Source: Fistulifera solaris (lineage: Eukaryota). From it: DNA of 64,000 nt. Positions within the stretch are counted from its first letter, which is position 1. Every line of letters starts with the position of its first letter. A program made the translations under genes and the position numbers. The stretch is taken from contig AP026131.1 in NCBI GenBank assembly GCA_030295235.1, positions 930,001 through 994,000 on the forward strand. The letters run 5' to 3'. The notes beneath the pieces are model-generated. The model did no database searches and had not been told where the DNA came from. It worked only from the letters and a program-made list of their open reading frames with translations. Shown piece by piece: positions 60,713 to 64,000 of the stretch.

Positions 60713-61927
60713 ATGAGGGGGAACAGCCGCGTCGCTTTTCTCGTTTTGTGGCTGACTTTGACGCTTATTCAAGTAGATCAATCGTTTACATCCGAAAATA
60801 ACGCTTTGTGGGAATCATTATCGGAAGAAGGCATCATTTTCTTTTCCGACGATGACGAGCACGAACGAATCATTGCGGCACTGGATGGGAGTTCCTCCAC
60901 GAGCGAAGAATCTACCAAATCTGTCGAGCTTCATCAAAAACGTACAAATAAGCTTAGGGATGCGTCAAAACCAGCCAACCCGAAAGAGAAACGACAATCT
61001 GCAGCAAAATTTACAAAGGGTGTAGTTCAGCAAGTGAAAAAGGAACCTATCTATTCTTACCTTCCACTTCCAGAGATATATCGCGTGAAACATGCGACAA
61101 TCGACGTTGTACCCAAACAGCCCGAGTCTTCCATACCGGTGACCGCATCCAGTACCCAACCAGCTGTCGGTATGGAGGAGCAGTCGTCCTTCGACACACA
61201 AGTCAGTCCTTGGGTGCGCGACTTTCTCTTGCGACATACGTGCGATCAACTGCTACCGGTGCCACGTGATTTTTGTGTCGATAATTTCAATCTCCTGCAC
61301 TTGGCATCCGCCATTGAACGGATTGGGATTCAAAGTCTAGCACCGAACGAATCGATACCGGCTTCTTCCAAACCGTATCCGATCTACCGCGCGGCGCTGC
61401 GCTTGATCGTACAAGACGAGCCAGTACCAGAACACGTACCGGTCGATCTCCAAACGGCGGCCACGGCCTTGTTTTTGTTGATTCATCAGCGGTATGCAAT
61501 GTCACCCCGTGGATTGGATCTGTTGCGACGCCGCTTTCAGCGGGGATCGGCGGTCTTTGGTCGGTGTCCACGGATCTCCTGTTCGGGTATGCCCCTGCTT
61601 CCGTACGGCGACTCGGATAATCTCAATCCCATGGAATACATGCCCACAGAAAACAACGCATCGGTGGAAAATCCTTCCATCTCTTTGCAACAACGAAGAG
61701 TGAAACGCTATTGCGCTTTGTGTGGTGAAAGCTTTTATCATTGGGAGTCAGAAATTGATGGTTGTGCTTGGGGTACATCGTGTTGCCACTTGTTTTGGAT
61801 GGTGTACGGAAAGGATGTGTTTGCGGAATGGTTAGAATGGAAACCGTCCCGCCATTCTCCGAACGAAGCACGCATCTTCGGTTTCCGTCTTCATCCCAGC
61901 GCGCATCTTACCGCTACGAATCAGTGA
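60713..61927 (+). CDS. Casein kinase II regulatory (beta) subunit-like protein with N-terminal signal peptide
   Basis: VPRDFCVDNFNL, LIHQRYAMSPRGL, FGRCPRISC..PLLPYGDSD, VKRYCALC, IDGCAWGTS, RIFGFRLH. Confidence 0.88.
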   Translation: MRGNSRVAFLVLWLTLTLIQVDQSFTSENNALWESLSEEGIIFFSDDDEHERIIAALDGSSSTSEESTKSVELHQKRTNKLRDASKPANPKEKRQSAAKFTKGVVQQVKKEPIYSYLPLPEIYRVKHATIDVVPKQPESSIPVTASSTQPAVGMEEQSSFDTQVSPWVRDFLLRHTCDQLLPVPRDFCVDNFNLLHLASAIERIGIQSLAPNESIPASSKPYPIYRAALRLIVQDEPVPEHVPVDLQTAATALFLLIHQRYAMSPRGLDLLRRRFQRGSAVFGRCPRISCSGMPLLPYGDSDNLNPMEYMPTENNASVENPSISLQQRRVKRYCALCGESFYHWESEIDGCAWGTSCCHLFWMVYGKDVFAEWLEWKPSRHSPNEARIFGFRLHPSAHLTATNQ

Positions 61928-62025
61928 ATGCTATTCATTCATAATTCTTTTGAATTTTTCTTTGCACTGTAAATTTTATTTCTCTATTTCTAAGGTGCCG
62001 AACACACTCAATCTGTCGAACCAAC

Positions 62026-63371
62026 TCAATCGAGTCGCGTGGATCCCATTTTGCGCAAATCGCGGGACATGTTTTTGTGATGACTTTCGTTCGTACCACC
62101 ACCGATTTCCATGAGCTTGGCATCCCTCCACAATCGTTCGACATTGTATTCGCCCGTGTAACCGTTCCCACCCAGGACTTGTATGGCACGATCGGCGACA
62201 GTTTTGGCCATGGAGGCACAAAAGAGTTTGGTGCCATCGGCATCGAGACCGTTGCCGTGCGTCGACAAATTTAAGGCATTCGCCACCGCGTACACATACG
62301 ACCGTCCCGCCATGTATTCGGCGTAACTTTCGGCTATTAGGCGTTGAATCTGTCCGAATTCAAACAAATTCTTGGCCCCAAACGCGGTTCGTTCGAGTGC
62401 GTACGCTTTCATTTCGTCGATACAACGACGCGCGATACCGACACTCATGGCGGCCAATCCGAGTCGTTCAATTTCCAAATTGCGCATCATACACAAGGTA
62501 GCACCATTTACGGTTCCGACAATGTTTTCGTTCGGAATTCGAACTTGATCGAAGACGAGTTCCGCCGTCATGGAGGCCCGCATTCCCAATTTGTTATTGA
62601 TTTTTTGTCCCAATCGGAATCCTTCCATGCCTTTTTCTACTACAAATTGTGTGATATCTGTTTTCCCCGGCCCCGTCCTCGCGTACACCAAGAACAAATC
62701 TCCGGTGTCTTGACCGTCCAGCGTCCCATTGGTGATCCACAATTTCGTGCCGGTCAAACGCCAATGATAATCTCCATCTTGGACGGCTTTTGTTTGCATT
62801 CCCAACACATCGGTGCCGGCCTGCGGTTCACTCATACACATGCCTCCTATGTGAGTGCCGTCACACGCAGCCGGCAAGAATCGTGCTTTTTGTTCCGGTG
62901 ACGCATTGACGGACAAGTTGTTGATCAGCAGCAACGAATGTGCCAAATACGAGAGACACAAGGCCGGATCACTGTAGGACAATTCTTCGTGGACCGCACA
63001 CACGGCCGTGGCCGTAAATTCGGTCCATCCCGTTCCACCGTATTCGATTTCGGGAACTGTCAATCCCAACAAACCCAAGTCGGCCAATTTGCGAAACAAG
63101 GGAACATTGAATTGTTCCTGTTCATTGAAGGTACGTGCTTGCGGTTCGACCTAGTGATGGATGTGTGTATGAGAACGGGAACGACAGTTCAACTCATACA
63201 AAAAACGACGACATGTACCTCTTGTGCGACAAAGGATCGCAACGTTGCGCGCAATGCCGCATGTTCGGACGTCGGATTCCACAAGGTCGACAAGGGTGTC
63301 GTCGACCGAAACCGCCGTGATAACACGAGCTGCTTGCTGCGGGGGCGAATGAATCGCGTCGTCAAGAGCAT
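62026..63371 (-). CDS. IVD: Mitochondrial isovaleryl-CoA dehydrogenase
   Basis: EELSYSDPALCLSYLAHS, GMCMSEPQAGTDV, KLGMRASMTAEL, IQVLGGNGYTGEYNVERLWRDAKLMEIGGGT; intron 63151-63218. Confidence 0.9.
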
Positions 63372-63778
63372 GGTGCACAATTATGAAATCAATAGTGTAA
63401 AAAGAATTAAAACAAAGTTGACCCGGAGGGACGATGTCATAGAGAAAGAATGCAACAGAAGAACGAACGAAAACGAGAAAAGAGTTCTTTTTTCGTTTAA
63501 TTTTTGACGTCGTGTCACGCGAGGTGCACCCAAAAATGTCGTCCGGTTCGCATCCGTCTACTTTATCCCGATAGTCATACAATCCGACTATCCTTACTCA
63601 AGTAGTCTCGCTCCCGATCCTCGTCCGTTCGCGATGTCGCGCCGCTTCTTTATTTGCGTTGCAACGACGCTAACGAGGCGAAGATGATGTTGCTTCTCGT
63701 TGTTGTCATGATATATATAATAAAGAAACAGATACTCATTCTATTGAAAGCAGCAACACTAGAGTTTCACACCATCAA

Positions 63779-64000
63779 ATGACACAAGAATCCGAAGAAG
63801 AGAAACAACCCGACGAAACAAAGCCCACGGCGCGCGTCGATTTGCCACTCGAATGGACGCAACTGGGGAAACCCGAGGAAAACAAACAATTACCAATTCG
63901 TTATCCGGAAGAAGTCACCGACATTGATCCCGAAGATGATGAATTGATTGTCGTAGGAACGGCCGGTATGAAAATTACGAATCTCGGACCCGATTTTCAT
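63779..64000 (+). CDS. Probable PP1 regulatory subunit 7 / Sds22-like LRR protein, 5' fragment only
   Basis: Open frame MTQESEEEKQ..IRYPEEVTDIDPEDDELIVVGTAGMKITNLG running off the window; resembles the N-terminus of stramenopile Sds22 homologs. Confidence 0.5.
   Translation, partial: MTQESEEEKQPDETKPTARVDLPLEWTQLGKPEENKQLPIRYPEEVTDIDPEDDELIVVGTAGMKITNLGPDFH

Overview
Eukaryotic nuclear DNA, almost certainly from a raphid pennate diatom. The evidence is short GT-AG introns, bipartite ASAF/ANAW-type plastid presequences, CBA1, plastid flavodoxins, and RNI-like genes resembling a family expanded in Fistulifera. The window is gene-dense, with about 32 genes and pseudogenes. Many conserved genes carry single-base indels in homopolymers, most likely uncorrected long-read assembly errors. 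Housekeeping genes include CCDC124, a P450, a plastid triose-phosphate translocator, GT64, FKBP-TPR, a DYRK-like kinase, fabG, aroB, choline kinase, IVD and SDS22. Points of interest: (1) a tandem flavodoxin-flavodoxin-CBA1 micronutrient cluster; (2) several apparently maintained pseudoenzymes, namely an intact mitochondrial GDH lacking all catalytic lysines, a type III pantothenate kinase fold lacking its phosphate motif and fused to Tudor-like domains, and a head-to-head pair of epimerase-DUF616 fusions lacking catalytic motifs; (3) a family of palindrome-containing minisatellites, with a 16 x 52-bp array showing higher-order structure, a degenerate copy near 0.8 kb, and two inverted 33-bp arrays next to pseudogene debris; (4) a tandem trio of uncharacterised plastid-targeted coiled-coil two-helix membrane proteins with a shared intron position, two of which share an N-terminal motif; (5) a signal-peptide-bearing CK2-beta and a plastid NUMOD3 protein. 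All protein identifications come from motif recognition by eye; no database searches were run.
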